From: Methanomassiliicoccaceae archaeon
Lineage (GTDB): Archaea; Thermoplasmatota; Thermoplasmata; Methanomassiliicoccales; UBA472
Assembly: GCA_963806355.1 (NCBI GenBank)
Contig: CAWDXN010000002.1
Location: 51,326 to 115,325 of the forward strand
Direction of reading: 5' to 3'
Length of the DNA stretch: 64,000 bases
Under the pieces are notes generated by a model, which saw only the letters and a list, made by a program, of their open reading frames with translations, was not told where the DNA came from and searched no databases. Of this stretch, positions 11,052 through 21,168 are shown one piece after another. Position 1 is the stretch's first letter. Each line of letters opens with the position of its first letter. Made by a program: the position numbers and the translations under genes.

Positions 11052-12152
11052 TGCCGTCCATCGACCCTGAAGCAGGTCAGGAAGTCCTATGGCGACATCA
11101 AGGCGGCCGACGGCCTGGACCTGGAGGTGCTGGATGGGGAGTACCTCTGCATCCTCGGCCCGACCGGGGCGGGCAAGACCACCACGCTGCGCATGATCTG
11201 CGGCCTCACCCTCCCCGATTCGGGAGCGGTCTTCCTCGACGGCAAGGACATCACCAGATGGGAGCCGGAGGACCGGGGGGCGGTCCTGCTGTCCCAGACC
11301 TATTCGCTCTTCCCGCAGCTGACCGTGGCGGAGAACATGCTCTTCGGACCGGAGCATCAGAGGGATGCCGGAGGAGGAACAGAAGCATCCTCTGGCCGAT
11401 ATGCTGGACATGGTCCGGCTCACCACCCGGGCGGACGCCCTTCCCAGGGAGCTGAGCGGCGGCATGATGCAGCGCACCGCCTTGGCCCGGGCCTTGGCCT
11501 CCGGCACCGAGATCGCTCCTGTTGGACGAGCCGCTGCGTGCCCTGGATGCCCGGCTGCGCATCAACCTCCGTCATGAGCTCCGCTCCTTGGCCAAGACGC
11601 TCGGGCTCACGACCGTGCACGTCACCCACGACCAGGAGGAGGCGTTGGTCATGGCCGACCGCATCGCCGTCCTGAGACAGGGCAGGATCGTGCAGGTGGG
11701 CACCCCTGGCGAGGTATTCGACAATCCGAACTCACCGTTCGTGGCCAACTTCGTCGGCCAATCCAATTTCTTCACCGGGAAGGTGGAGGCCAAGGCCGGG
11801 AATCGACCACGGTCCGCTCTCGGACGGTCGGGCAGGTGCACGCCCGGCCATGCCAGTTCCCGATCGGGCGAGGAGGTGGTGGTCGGCGTCAAGGTGGGCA
11901 ACACCGAGATCAGCAAGGAGGAGCCAGGCCCTCTTCACGGGAACGGATCGAGCGGATCCTGTTCGAAGGCAAGTTCCTGTTCATCGATGTCCAGGTGCCA
12001 GGGGTGGGGCTGATTACTCGCCAAGGTGCCCTCCTGGCGCATGGGCAAGTTGGCGGTGGGGGACGAGGTGAACGTGCAGCTGGGCCTGGGAGAAGGCCAC
12101 GGTGTTCCCGATGCCCGAGAACGGACTCGCAGAGGAGCTGAGGGTGGACTGA
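11051..12152 (+). CDS. ABC transporter ATPase 1 (PotA/CysA/FbpC-like with a C-terminal TOBE-like domain); about 9 frame breaks
   Basis: The ATG overlaps the permease stop. Motifs: Walker [11 protein letters not shown]-loop [12 protein letters not shown], signature [15 protein letters not shown], Walker [13 protein letters not shown]-loop HVTHDQ. Tail ends ...[17 protein letters not shown]. Confidence 0.85.
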
Positions 12153-13243
12153 TGCCGGCGGTACGAGCTTGGAAGGGTTGGGCAAGACCTACGGCAAAGT
12201 GGTGGCCGTGGACGAGGTGGACCTGGTGATCGAGGACAGGGAGTACGTCACCATCCTCGGCCCCTCGGGCTGCGGCAAGACCACCCTCATCCGCATGATC
12301 GCCGGCATCATCGAACCCACCGAGGGCAAGGTATTCCATCGGCGGAAAGGACATGAAGGGCGTCCCCATCGAGGACCGGGACATCGGTTACGTGTTCCAG
12401 AACATCGCGCTGTTCCCCAACCTGAACGCCGCCCAGAACGTCGCCTACAGCAGCCGGGCGAGAGGGGCAGGAGAAGGAGGAGCAGGAAAAGATCGCCCAG
12501 GAGTATCTGGAGCTGGTCAAGCTCCTGGACAGGATGGACATGTTCCCCGACGAGCTGTGCGGCGGGGAGCAGCAGAAGGTGTCCTTGGCCCGAGCCCTGG
12601 CCAGCGGGTCGAGACCTATTGCTCCTGGACGAGCCACTTTCCGCGCTGGACGCCCGGGTGAGGGTGGACCTGCGCTACGAGCTGCGCCGATTGACCAAGG
12701 CGCTCGGCCTCACCGTCGTCCACGTCACCCATGACCAGGAGGAGGCGATGACGGTCTCCGACCGCATCGTGCTCATGAGGGCAGGATCGATCGTGGAGAC
12801 CGGCACCCCCGAGGAGCTTTACTCCCAGCCCAAGCATCTGTTCACCGCCAACTTCATCGGCGAGATCGAACTTCTTGGAGGGCTGGGTGAGGGAGAAGGT
12901 GGACGGCCTGACCAGGATCGAGCTCCGGGACGGTTCCATCATAGAGGTCTGGGCGTCGACCCTGGAGCTAGGCGATCCGGTGGTGGTCTCGGTCCGGCCG
13001 GAGTTCGTCTACCCGTTCACCACCGGACTGAGGTCCAAGGTCACCAGCTCCATCTACATGGGCACGTACTGGCGCATCAAGGCGATGACAGAGAGCGATG
13101 ATGAAATGAACTTCGATGTTCCGATAACCGATGGACATCTCTATCAAATAGGGCAAGAGATTTATCTGATGGTCAACAAGAGAGCGGCAGTGCTGTTCCC
13201 CCGTCCGCGGGAAGGGGTCGCGGAGGCGATCAGACTTGAGTGA
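12152..13243 (+). CDS. ABC transporter ATPase 2 (paralogue of ATPase 1); about 6 frame breaks
   Basis: The ATG overlaps the previous stop. Reads MPA/RYEL/EGLGKTYGK, then Walker A GPSGCGKTT, FQNIALFPNLN, signature CGGEQQKVSLARAL, Walker B LLLLDEPLSALD and [11 protein letters not shown]-terminal beta-domain ends AEAIRLE. Confidence 0.85.
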
Positions 13244-13253
13244 AAAAGGTTCT

Positions 13254-13904
13254 ATGACAGATTGGTTCGGCAAGCGACAGGGAATCGGTCATAGCCAAAG
13301 GCATAAGGGACCATGCGGAGAAGGTGTGCGACACCGTCTCCGAGCTCAACCGTGCCTTCGGGGCGATGGCCAACAACGACCACATCAAGGCGTTGGAGGC
13401 CATGAAGCGGATGATCTTCTCGGAGAAGGAAGCGGACAACGTCGAGGAACGCATGTCCGAGGAGCTGGCCAAGGGCGACCTGGCGCCCAAGGAGCGCGAG
13501 GACCTCATGCACCTGGTCCGGCGCATGGAGGACGTGGCCGATTGGGCCAAGGAGGCCGGCATCGGAACCTGCAGCTGGTCATCGAGGCGAACGTGAACGT
13601 GCCCGCGCATCTGTGGAAACGCTTCTTCGAGCTGACCACCGAACTGGAGAAGGCGGCCAAGGCCATGCGCCAGAGCGTGGATGCACTGGGCGTCAACGCT
13701 GAGATGGTGATGAGCCAGGAGAAGGCGGTGGGCGTCCTGGAGCACATCATCGATGACATGTACTTCAACATCAAGAAGGAGATATTGCTGACCGAGCTGG
13801 ACCCCAAGGGCGTCTATCTCCTCATGGACATGCTGCGTTGCATGGAGGAATCCTCCGATTCCAGCAAGGACGCCGTGGACATGTATGCACATCTTGGTCA
13901 TTAG
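13254..13904 (+). CDS. DUF47 / PhoU-like helical protein (TIGR00153-type); frame detour between about 13280 and 13565
   Basis: Reads MTDWFGKR..., then ESVIAKGIRDHAEKVCDTVSELNRAFG...EADNVEERMSEEL...REDLMHLVRRMEDVADWAKEAG, then NLQLVIEANVNV...LEHIIDDMYFNIKKEIL. All-helical repeat pattern typical of DUF47. Confidence 0.55.
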   Translation: MTDWFGKRQGIGHSQRHKGPCGEGVRHRLRAQPCLRGDGQQRPHQGVGGHEADDLLGEGSGQRRGTHVRGAGQGRPGAQGARGPHAPGPAHGGRGRLGQGGRHRNLQLVIEANVNVPAHLWKRFFELTTELEKAAKAMRQSVDALGVNAEMVMSQEKAVGVLEHIIDDMYFNIKKEILLTELDPKGVYLLMDMLRCMEESSDSSKDAVDMYAHLGH

Positions 13905-13936
13905 CGACCAGTTCCATTCAAGATGAGGCGTTTGCG

Positions 13937-15302
13937 ATGAGCGAGAGGTTGTTCGGTACCAACGGGGTACGGGGAGTGGTGAACGAGGACATGAACGTCC
14001 AGCTCGCCTTGGACGTCGGTAAGGCCATCGGCACGTTCATGGGCGGGAAGGTGGCCATCGCTACCGACACCCGCACCTCGGCCCACATGATCAAGAACGC
14101 CGTCTCCGCCGGCCTGATGGCCTCCGGCGTGGAGGTGCTGGACCTGGGCATGCTGCCCACCCCGGCGCTGCAGTACTATGTGAAGGGCTCCGCCGTGAAG
14201 GGCGGGGTGATGATCACCGCCTCGCACAACCCTCCCGAGTTCAACGGCATCAAGTGCGTCGACTATGACGGCACGGAGATGCCCCGCGACAAGGAGGAGA
14301 TGATCGAGGCCATATACTTCAACCAGAGCTTCGCCCAGAAGAGCTGGCGCACGGTCGGTTCGATGCGGCCGATCACCGGCGTGGGACAGACCTACATCTC
14401 GGTGGTGAGGCGACAGGTGGACCATGCGGCCATCGAGGACGCCAAGCTGAAGGTGGTGCTGGACTGCGCCAATGGGGCAGGGTCGGCGACCTCCCCCCAG
14501 CTCCTGGAGTCCTTGGGGGTGAAGGCGATCACCCTGAACGCCAACCCGCAAGGGACATTCCCTGGCCACGAGAGCGAGCCCACCCCTGAGAACCTCCGGG
14601 ACCTGGTGGAGATGGTCAAGGTGACCGGTGCCGACCTGGGCATCGCCCACGACGGCGATGCGGACCGCTGCATCTTCGTCGACGACAAGGGCAACTACCT
14701 TTACGGGGACCGATCCCTGGCCATCGTGGCCGCGCTATGTCGTCGCCGAGAAGGGCGGCGGCACGGTGGTCACGCCGGTGAGCACATCCTCCTGCGTGGA
14801 GGACGTGGTCAGGTCCGCTGGAGGCGAGGTCATCTATACCAGGGTCGGCTCGCCGGTGGTGGCGCGCAAGATGATCGAGGTCAAGGCCATCTTCGGCGGC
14901 GAGGAGAACGGCGGGCTCATCTTCCCGGAGCACCAGTATTGCCGTGACGCGGCCATGACCATGGCCAAGGTCCTGGAGATAATAGCCAAGGACGGCCCCC
15001 TCTCCCGGTTGGCCGCATCGATACCCGGTTACGCGCTGGACAAGCGCAAGATGCACACCCCGCCCGGCGTCAAGGACCAGGTGGTCGAGGAGCTCCTCAT
15101 GCGCTTCGACGGCATGAGGGTGGACACCACCGATGGCATCAAGGTCTACTTCGACGAGGGCTGGGCATTGATCAGGCCTTCAGGCACGGAACCGATATTC
15201 CGCATCTATTCCGAGGCCCGCTCCGACCAGGCGGCCAAGCGCATCGGGGACGAGTGCGAGAAGGCCCTCAAGGAAGCGGTCAAGGAATGCGAGGGTGATT
15301 GA
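13937..15302 (+). CDS. Phosphohexose mutase (archaeal phosphomannomutase / phosphoglucosamine mutase family); one frame break near 14735
   Basis: Motifs: FGTNGVRG, active-site loop TASHNPPEFNGIK, metal loop HDGDADRC, GEENGG, and C-terminal IRPSGTEPIFRIY. Confidence 0.85.
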
Positions 15303-15332
15303 ACCCCCGCACCCCTTACTTTTCATCTTCCT

Positions 15333-16856
15333 TCAATACCCATAGATGGCAGAGAACTTCGCATCCAGGTACTTCAGGAACGGCCCGATGTCCAGGTCCT
15401 TCCCGGTCACGGTCTTGACCAGGTCGGCCGGGTCGTAGAGGTTGCCCCTGCGGTGCACGTTCTCCACCAGCCAGTTCTTCACCGGGGCGAAGTCTCCTGC
15501 CTCGACGCCCCTCTTCCAGTCCGGCAGGGTCCGCTCCATCTTGTCCAGGAACATCCCTCCGTAGATGTTGCCCAGGGCATAGCTGGGGAAGTAGCCGAAG
15601 TAGCCGGAGGCCCAGTGCGTGTCCTGCATCACGCCTTCCGAGTCGTGACGGACCTCGACCCCGAGATAGTCCTTGTACTTCTGGTTCCAGACCTGGGGCA
15701 GCTCGTCCACTCCGATCCTGCCGGAGAAGAGGTCCCTCTCGATCTCGAACCTTATGATGACATGCATGCCGTAGGTGACCTCGTCCGCCTCGATGCGGAT
15801 GCGGCTCGGCTCCACCAGGTTCACCGCCGCCACGAACTGTTCCAACCCGACCCCTTCCAGCGCCCCGTTGGTGACGGAGCGCAATCGGGGCAGCATGTAA
15901 CGCAGGAACTCCGGGCTTCGGCCCACGATGTTCTCCACGAACCGGCTCTGGGACTCATGAATGCCGTAGCTGGCGGCCGCGCCGATGGGTTGGTACTTCC
16001 AAGCCGGGGGCTGGTTCTGTTCGTAAAGGGCATGCCCCGCCTCATGGAGCACGCTGAACAGGCTGGAGGTGTACCGGTCCTCGAAGTAATGGGTGGTGAT
16101 CCTGACATCGTCATAATAACCGGTGGAGAAGGGGTGCTCGGTCTCGTCCAGACGTCCTCCTTCGGGCCCGTAACCGACGAACTCCATGGCCAGGTCGCTG
16201 ATCCGCCTCTGGGCGTCGATGGGCACCTTGCGCTCGGTTATGGACACGTCCGGCTCGAATCCCGAGCCCTCGATCTTGTCCAAGACCTTCTTCAATCCCC
16301 GCCTCATGCCGTCGAACACCTCCGTGACGCGATCGGCGGTCATGCCAGGCTCGTAGGAGTCGAGCAAGGCGTCGTATGGCGTCCTGGTGCCCTTCACCTG
16401 CATCATGATGTCCGCCGCCTGGGCCCTCAGCTCGATCATGCGCGCCAGCTCGGAGCGGTACAGATTGAAGTCCTGGGCCCCCTTGGCCTTCTTCCATGCC
16501 CCGACGGTCAGGGCGGACTGTTTGGACAGGTCGGCCACCAGGCTCTCCGGCAACCGGGCCGATTCGTCGTAGGCCTTGCGGAAGAGGTGAACGTTGCGGC
16601 GCTGCGCCTGGTCCAGCGAGCCGAGGTCCTTGTGCGCCTCGATGGCGTCCAACATCCTTGCCACCTCCGGGCCGACCAGTTCCTGATGCGCGATGACGTC
16701 CAGGACGGCCAGTTGCTCGCTCCTTTGCTCCAGGCCGCGCTCTGGCATCTTCGTCTCCATGTCCCAGTGCAGTATCCCTATGGCGGACGAGAGCAGGACG
16801 AGCTTCTTGGAACGGGTAAGGAGGTCCTCATAGACCTCCAGGATGGGTGCGGTCAT
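15333..16856 (-). CDS. Carboxypeptidase Taq-type metallopeptidase (M32 family)
   Basis: Intact 507-aa ORF with HEAGHALYE (HEXXH), HPF, IRIEADEVTY, DTHWASGYFGYFPSYALGN. Confidence 0.9.
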   Translation of the reverse strand: MTAPILEVYEDLLTRSKKLVLLSSAIGILHWDMETKMPERGLEQRSEQLAVLDVIAHQELVGPEVARMLDAIEAHKDLGSLDQAQRRNVHLFRKAYDESARLPESLVADLSKQSALTVGAWKKAKGAQDFNLYRSELARMIELRAQAADIMMQVKGTRTPYDALLDSYEPGMTADRVTEVFDGMRRGLKKVLDKIEGSGFEPDVSITERKVPIDAQRRISDLAMEFVGYGPEGGRLDETEHPFSTGYYDDVRITTHYFEDRYTSSLFSVLHEAGHALYEQNQPPAWKYQPIGAAASYGIHESQSRFVENIVGRSPEFLRYMLPRLRSVTNGALEGVGLEQFVAAVNLVEPSRIRIEADEVTYGMHVIIRFEIERDLFSGRIGVDELPQVWNQKYKDYLGVEVRHDSEGVMQDTHWASGYFGYFPSYALGNIYGGMFLDKMERTLPDWKRGVEAGDFAPVKNWLVENVHRRGNLYDPADLVKTVTGKDLDIGPFLKYLDAKFSAIYGY

Positions 16857-16990
16857 GTGATATCGGCCGAGGATGGGCGGAACGATGCTTTAGCCTTTAC
16901 CAAAGACAAGTCGTAGCACGCTGCTTTCGGAGAACAGGTTGAAAAATTATGGAAGGGGAAATCGTTTTTCGATGCTCCGATCGACAGGTC

Positions 16991-17377
16991 TCAGACCTTG
17001 GTGATCATGCGGCGCTCCATGGCGACCAGGTACATGATCTCCTCTCCAGAGTGGAGCTGTCCCTGGAACTCCTCCGGAACGGCCAGGGAGAAGTTCTCGA
17101 AGGTCTCCAGGTCCATCAGCTGGACCTCGTTGCCCCCGACCGCCAGGATCTGCGCCTTGCGCTTGTCGATCATAGGGACCTGCACCCTGTGCTTCACCGG
17201 GAACACCACGCTGCGCTTCTTCTTGTCGAAGATGCCAACGGCGTCGATGTTGGCCTTGGCCTCGCCATGTTTACCGGGTTTGGATGTGGATATGGAGATG
17301 ATCTTGCAGGGCTCCTCATCGATGAGCATGTAACGGCCCTCTTTCAGCTCACGGACCTCTTGCTGCGTCCACGACAT
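16991..17377 (-). CDS. eif5a: Translation initiation factor 5A (aIF5A)
   Basis: 128-aa ORF with the hypusination loop STSKPGKHGEAKA. Confidence 0.95.
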   Translation of the reverse strand: MSWTQQEVRELKEGRYMLIDEEPCKIISISTSKPGKHGEAKANIDAVGIFDKKKRSVVFPVKHRVQVPMIDKRKAQILAVGGNEVQLMDLETFENFSLAVPEEFQGQLHSGEEIMYLVAMERRMITKV

Positions 17378-17396
17378 AACAATCTACCCGTCAATC

Positions 17397-18485
17397 CTAC
17401 CTTGATTTATAAATCTTGCCTCTTTTAACCGGCCGCTGCGGCACCCTTGGCTGGCTCTGCGGGCTTGACGCCCGGCGCGGAGGCTCGGGGTACTTCTCCT
17501 TCACCTCGACCACCCTCGCCTCCATGTCGGCCAGGAGCTTGTCGCCGATGAAGTCGCCCTTGTAGAAGTCGACCTTGGCGGCTATGCTGGCCTTGGCCGC
17601 CAGGCTGCGGGCCACCTTGCCCCTCTGCCAGTATGGCGCCCGGTTCACCATGGGGTGTTGGAAGATCACACCGTGCTTGGGGGGCCGCTTGCCGGTCTTC
17701 AGGTGCAAGAACAGGGCCTTCTCCGCCCCCAGCAACTGCACGGTGCTGGAAGGGAAACGCGCCAATCGCCCCAGTCCTCCAGAGATCGAGATCATGCGCG
17801 CCGCCAGGTTGGCGGACAGCAAGTGGGTCAGGTTGGGGGCCACCTTCTGCATGCTCTCCAGGATGTATCGGTCCAACGCCTCCTTGCGCCGGTACATGGC
17901 CTCCAGACCGGAGGCGAAGGAGCGGATGGTCTCCAGGTCGTCCTCGAGCATCTCCGATCCGACCGACTCGATCTCGACGCCCAGCTCCACCAGTATCCTG
18001 TCCCGAGAGCCGTGCTTGGCGATGAGCTCCGCATAGCGCAGGTCCTGGGCATAGTCGGCCAGCTCGGGGAAGTGCAGCCCATACCACTCGTGCAATCGCT
18101 CGCTCATGAGGTTGATGGTCTCGATCAGGTCGTCGGTGGCGCGGATGGCCTGGGCCACGCACCGGTCCTCCCCCAACGGCTCCCGCGTCCTGACCTTGCC
18201 CAGCTCGACCATGACCTTCTGCATGAACTGCGGCTCGAGGCCGTAGTCCTGGGGTTTGATGAACGAGGAGTCGAACAGCACGGGCTTCCCAAGCTTGGAG
18301 AGCCGGGGCTCGGCCACCTTCATGCGCTTCTGGGCCAGCCTCCGCTCCTCTGGCAGTATCTCGCCCCGCTGCACGGCCGCCAGCTTCTTGGCGATGGCCT
18401 TGGCGTCCTTCTCGAACAGCTCATGTCGCTTCACGCTCTGCTCGTCGCAGAGGAACACTCCGAACCACTTGGTGACCAGTATCAT
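17397..18485 (-). CDS. nop5: C/D box snoRNP protein Nop5 (Nop56/58)
   Basis: 362-aa ORF with the Nop domain (LHEWYGLHFPEL, VAPNLTHLLSANLAARMISISGGLGRLARFPSSTVQLLGAEKALF, PKHGVIFQHP). Ends in TAG. Confidence 0.92.
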   Translation of the reverse strand: MILVTKWFGVFLCDEQSVKRHELFEKDAKAIAKKLAAVQRGEILPEERRLAQKRMKVAEPRLSKLGKPVLFDSSFIKPQDYGLEPQFMQKVMVELGKVRTREPLGEDRCVAQAIRATDDLIETINLMSERLHEWYGLHFPELADYAQDLRYAELIAKHGSRDRILVELGVEIESVGSEMLEDDLETIRSFASGLEAMYRRKEALDRYILESMQKVAPNLTHLLSANLAARMISISGGLGRLARFPSSTVQLLGAEKALFLHLKTGKRPPKHGVIFQHPMVNRAPYWQRGKVARSLAAKASIAAKVDFYKGDFIGDKLLADMEARVVEVKEKYPEPPRRASSPQSQPRVPQRPVKRGKIYKSR

Positions 18486-18506
18486 TTCGATGCCCTTCCT
18501 TTATGC

Positions 18507-19133
18507 TCACTTCGACCTCATGATGCGGGCCACCTCTTCTGGGGGAAGGTCGGCCGCCCCCCCGATGACATTGACCCGATACTGCAACTTGGCCAGGAAC
18601 TCCATGGCCTCCATGCGATGGAACGCCTCCCGCACGTCGCGGCCCACCGTGATGGCGCCATGCTTCTCCAGCAGGTACGCGTTGCTCCAGGACATCGGCT
18701 CACCGATGGAGCGGGCCAGGTCCTCCGTCCCCGGGGTGGTGTATGGGATCAAAGGTATCTCCTTTCCCAAGTACAGCAGCGATTCCGGCGTCAGCGCCGG
18801 GCGCAATCGCTCGCTGGCCAAGGCAAGGACGGTGCAGAACTCCGGATGGGTATGCACCACCGCGCCGACGTCCGGCCTTCCCCGATAGAAGGCCAGATGG
18901 AACGGCGTCTCTATGCTGGGCCTGCCTCCGCCTGCCACCTCCCCGGTGGCGATGTCTATCTCCACCAGCTTCTCCGCCTCCAGCATGCCCTTGCACACGC
19001 CCGAGGGGGTGATGAGCATACGGCCTCCCTCCATCCTCAGGCTGATGTTGCCCGCCAATCCGCTCACGAGCCCTTTCTCGTAGAGCAGCTTCCCATAATG
19101 GACCAGCTCCTTCCTCGCCTTCTCGTCCTTCAT
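18507..19133 (-). CDS. Class II aldolase/adducin-family protein (fuculose-1-P aldolase / MtnB-like)
   Basis: 208-aa ORF with GLAGNISLR, PSG, VHTHPEF, LLEKHGAITVG. There is a 4-nt overlap with the upstream isomerase gene. Confidence 0.8.
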   Translation of the reverse strand: MKDEKARKELVHYGKLLYEKGLVSGLAGNISLRMEGGRMLITPSGVCKGMLEAEKLVEIDIATGEVAGGGRPSIETPFHLAFYRGRPDVGAVVHTHPEFCTVLALASERLRPALTPESLLYLGKEIPLIPYTTPGTEDLARSIGEPMSWSNAYLLEKHGAITVGRDVREAFHRMEAMEFLAKLQYRVNVIGGAADLPPEEVARIMRSK

Positions 19134-20141
19134 GACATCCGCGCCCCCTTGACCTTATGGACCTCGGATGGTTTGAGGACGCCTATCTCGGTGATGATGC
19201 CGGTGACGTACTTGTGCGGCGTGACGTCGAACGATGGGTTCAATGCTGCCGACCCTTTCGGCGCGATGAGACGCCCATCCACCTCCGTGACCTCCGTGGG
19301 CGATCGGTTCTCGATGGGGATGTCCTTGCCGCTCTCCATCTTCAAGTCGAAGGTGGAGATGGGCGCCGCAGTGTAGAATGGCACGCCCAGCTCATGGGCC
19401 AGGACGGCCTTCTCGAAGGTGCCGATCTTGTTCGCGAAGTCCCCGTTGGCGGCGATGCGGTCCGCCCCGACGATGACGATGTCGGTGCCAAGGCGCAGGA
19501 AATGACCAGACGCCCCATCTGGGATGATGGCATGGGGTATGCCCTCCTCCACCATCTCGAAGGCGGTGAGCTTCATGCCCTGCCAGCGCGGTCTGGTCTC
19601 GGAGACGTAGACGAACAGGGGCTTGCCCTTCCTCCAGGCCGCGCGGATCGGTGCAAGCGCCGTGCCATGGTCCAAGGTCGCCAACGCCCCGGCGTTGCAA
19701 TGGGTCATCACCCTCGCCCCGTTGGCGATCAGACCCTCCCCGTGCTCGCCGATCAGACGGCACTTCTCCACGATGGTGTCGGCGTAACGGTCGGCCGCCT
19801 CCTTGGCGTCCTCGCCCTTGGCCATCGTCTCGATCATGAAGTCCACGGCGAAGAAGAGGTCGTGGGCGGTGGGCCTCGTGGACTTGAGCAGCTTGGCCGC
19901 CTCCTGCAGGTCCATGCCCTGGTTCTTGGCCAAGCACCATGCCATAGGCCGCCGCCGCGCCGATGGCGGGGGCGCCCCGAACGGTCATGTTGCGTATGGC
20001 CTCCGCCATGTCCTCGCAGTTGTAGATGTCCAAAAGCACCACTTGGTGAGGGAGCAGCCGCTGGTCGATCATGCGCACCTTGTCGCCCTCGATCCATAGC
20101 GCCCGGCGGTCCTGGACCTTGCCATCTAACCTTATCTTCAT
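19130..20141 (-). CDS. mtnA: eIF-2B alpha/beta/delta-family sugar-phosphate isomerase (MtnA / ribose-1,5-bisphosphate isomerase-like); one frame break near 19940
   Basis: N-terminus is in ORF 19392-20141 (LWIEGDKVRMIDQRLLPHQ...VRGAPAIGAAAAYGM). The rest is in ORF 19130-19945 (TRPTAHDLFFAV, MTHCNAGALAT, VYVSETRPRWQG, IVGADRIAANGDFANKIGT, FYTAAP). Confidence 0.85.
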
Positions 20142-20271
20142 CTTCTCATGCGAGTGAGGGCGGAGGGATTAGAAAATTGTTCTTACTGCATGGGAGGGCA
20201 GATTTCCGATAATTCGTCTCACAACAATATGTTTATTAACTGGCTTCATTAATCAGAACGTTGACTAGGAG

Positions 20272-21018
20272 ATGAATAAGAAACCATCGGATTTTGACGT
20301 ATATTCGACCTCGACGGGGTTGCGCCAGATATCCAATCCGGTAAGGCAGAAGATATTGGCCGAGCTGCAACGCCGGGACCTTAGCCTGAGCGAGATCGCC
20401 ACGCTCACCGGGAAGGCGCAGTCCACCCTGTCCGTGCACCTTGACAAGATGGTGGAGGAAGGATTGATCGGATACCGGGACGACCCGCACGACAATCGAC
20501 GCAAGATATTCTACCTCATATCAAGGCCGGTCGGTTCTTCGGTGGTGCCACGGGAGGAGCTGAAGAAGGCGGTCAGCAACACCATCGCCCGCAGCATCGG
20601 CACCCCGTCCACCTTCTTGAAGGGCATGATCCGTTCCATCGTCATCGGGATGGAGGCCATCGGCTTCAACATGGACCCGGTGCTGAAGGACATCGGCCGG
20701 CAGATCGGGACCGAGGTGGCGAAGCGGTTCAAGTCCACCAATGTGGAAGGCCTCATCCAGGAGGTCAAGGAGTTCTACAAGGAGCACGAGCTGGGCGAGG
20801 TCGTGGTCTATTCCGTGCATCCGGTCACGCTCATCATCAAGGACGAGTACGACTGCTCCAAGGCGCCCGACGTCGGACGCACCCTCTGCCTGCTGAACGA
20901 GGGCATGCTGGAGGCCATGTTCGAGTCGAAGCTGAACATGCCGTTGCGCGTGGTGGAGAAGGAGACCTTCGGTTCCAACTTCAACATGTGCAAGTACGTC
21001 ATCGAGCCGTCCCTCTGA
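20272..21018 (+). CDS. ArsR-type winged-helix regulator with a C-terminal V4R-like ligand-binding domain
   Basis: N-terminus ISNPVRQKILAELQRRDLSLSEIATLTGKAQSTLSVHLDKMVEEGLI. The C-terminal part is cysteine-containing (DCSKAP..GRTLCLLNEGMLEAMF ... NMCKYVIE). Confidence 0.6.
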   Translation: MNKKPSDFDVYSTSTGLRQISNPVRQKILAELQRRDLSLSEIATLTGKAQSTLSVHLDKMVEEGLIGYRDDPHDNRRKIFYLISRPVGSSVVPREELKKAVSNTIARSIGTPSTFLKGMIRSIVIGMEAIGFNMDPVLKDIGRQIGTEVAKRFKSTNVEGLIQEVKEFYKEHELGEVVVYSVHPVTLIIKDEYDCSKAPDVGRTLCLLNEGMLEAMFESKLNMPLRVVEKETFGSNFNMCKYVIEPSL

Positions 21019-21168
21019 GGCAGTGAGGCTTTCTAGGTCCAGATGGTCAGGTGAGGTCATGGATCTATTTTCTCGGGATCCCCAGTACATGTATAGCCAA
21101 CCATGATCATCGTTCTCGAACTCCTTGGCATGAATCCGTGAAGAAGAAAAAGTAGTAGATTCCTTTCG

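Noticed and set aside
2729-13904. The frame breaks as genuine pseudogenisation, programmed frameshifting or another recoding mechanism.
   Set aside because: There are too many of them. They hit unrelated core genes. I found no shared slippery motif at the breaks I inspected (for example CGC-A-TTC in ppk and GGGATATC in kae1). Flanking protein sequence is undamaged. Neighbouring stretches of 5-10 kb have none. Sequence error explains all of this, though only read data can prove it.
15453-16916. Very long ORFs antisense to recognised genes. This one is 487 aa opposite the M32 peptidase. Others are 17655-19376 (573 aa), 28961-30235 (424 aa), 41861-42682, 45665-46666, 46401-47492 and 61121-62485.
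   Set aside because: Their translations are low-complexity and rich in R/G/H/P/A/L/V/D/Q, with no motif. Each exactly mirrors a well-supported gene on the other strand. Open shadow frames like these are expected in GC-rich coding DNA.
20236-20243. TTAACTGG upstream of the ArsR/V4R regulator gene as a half-site of the 41523-41534 palindrome, which would imply a shared regulon.
   Set aside because: One or two chance occurrences of a given 8-mer are expected on the two strands of 64 kb, so a single match carries no weight.
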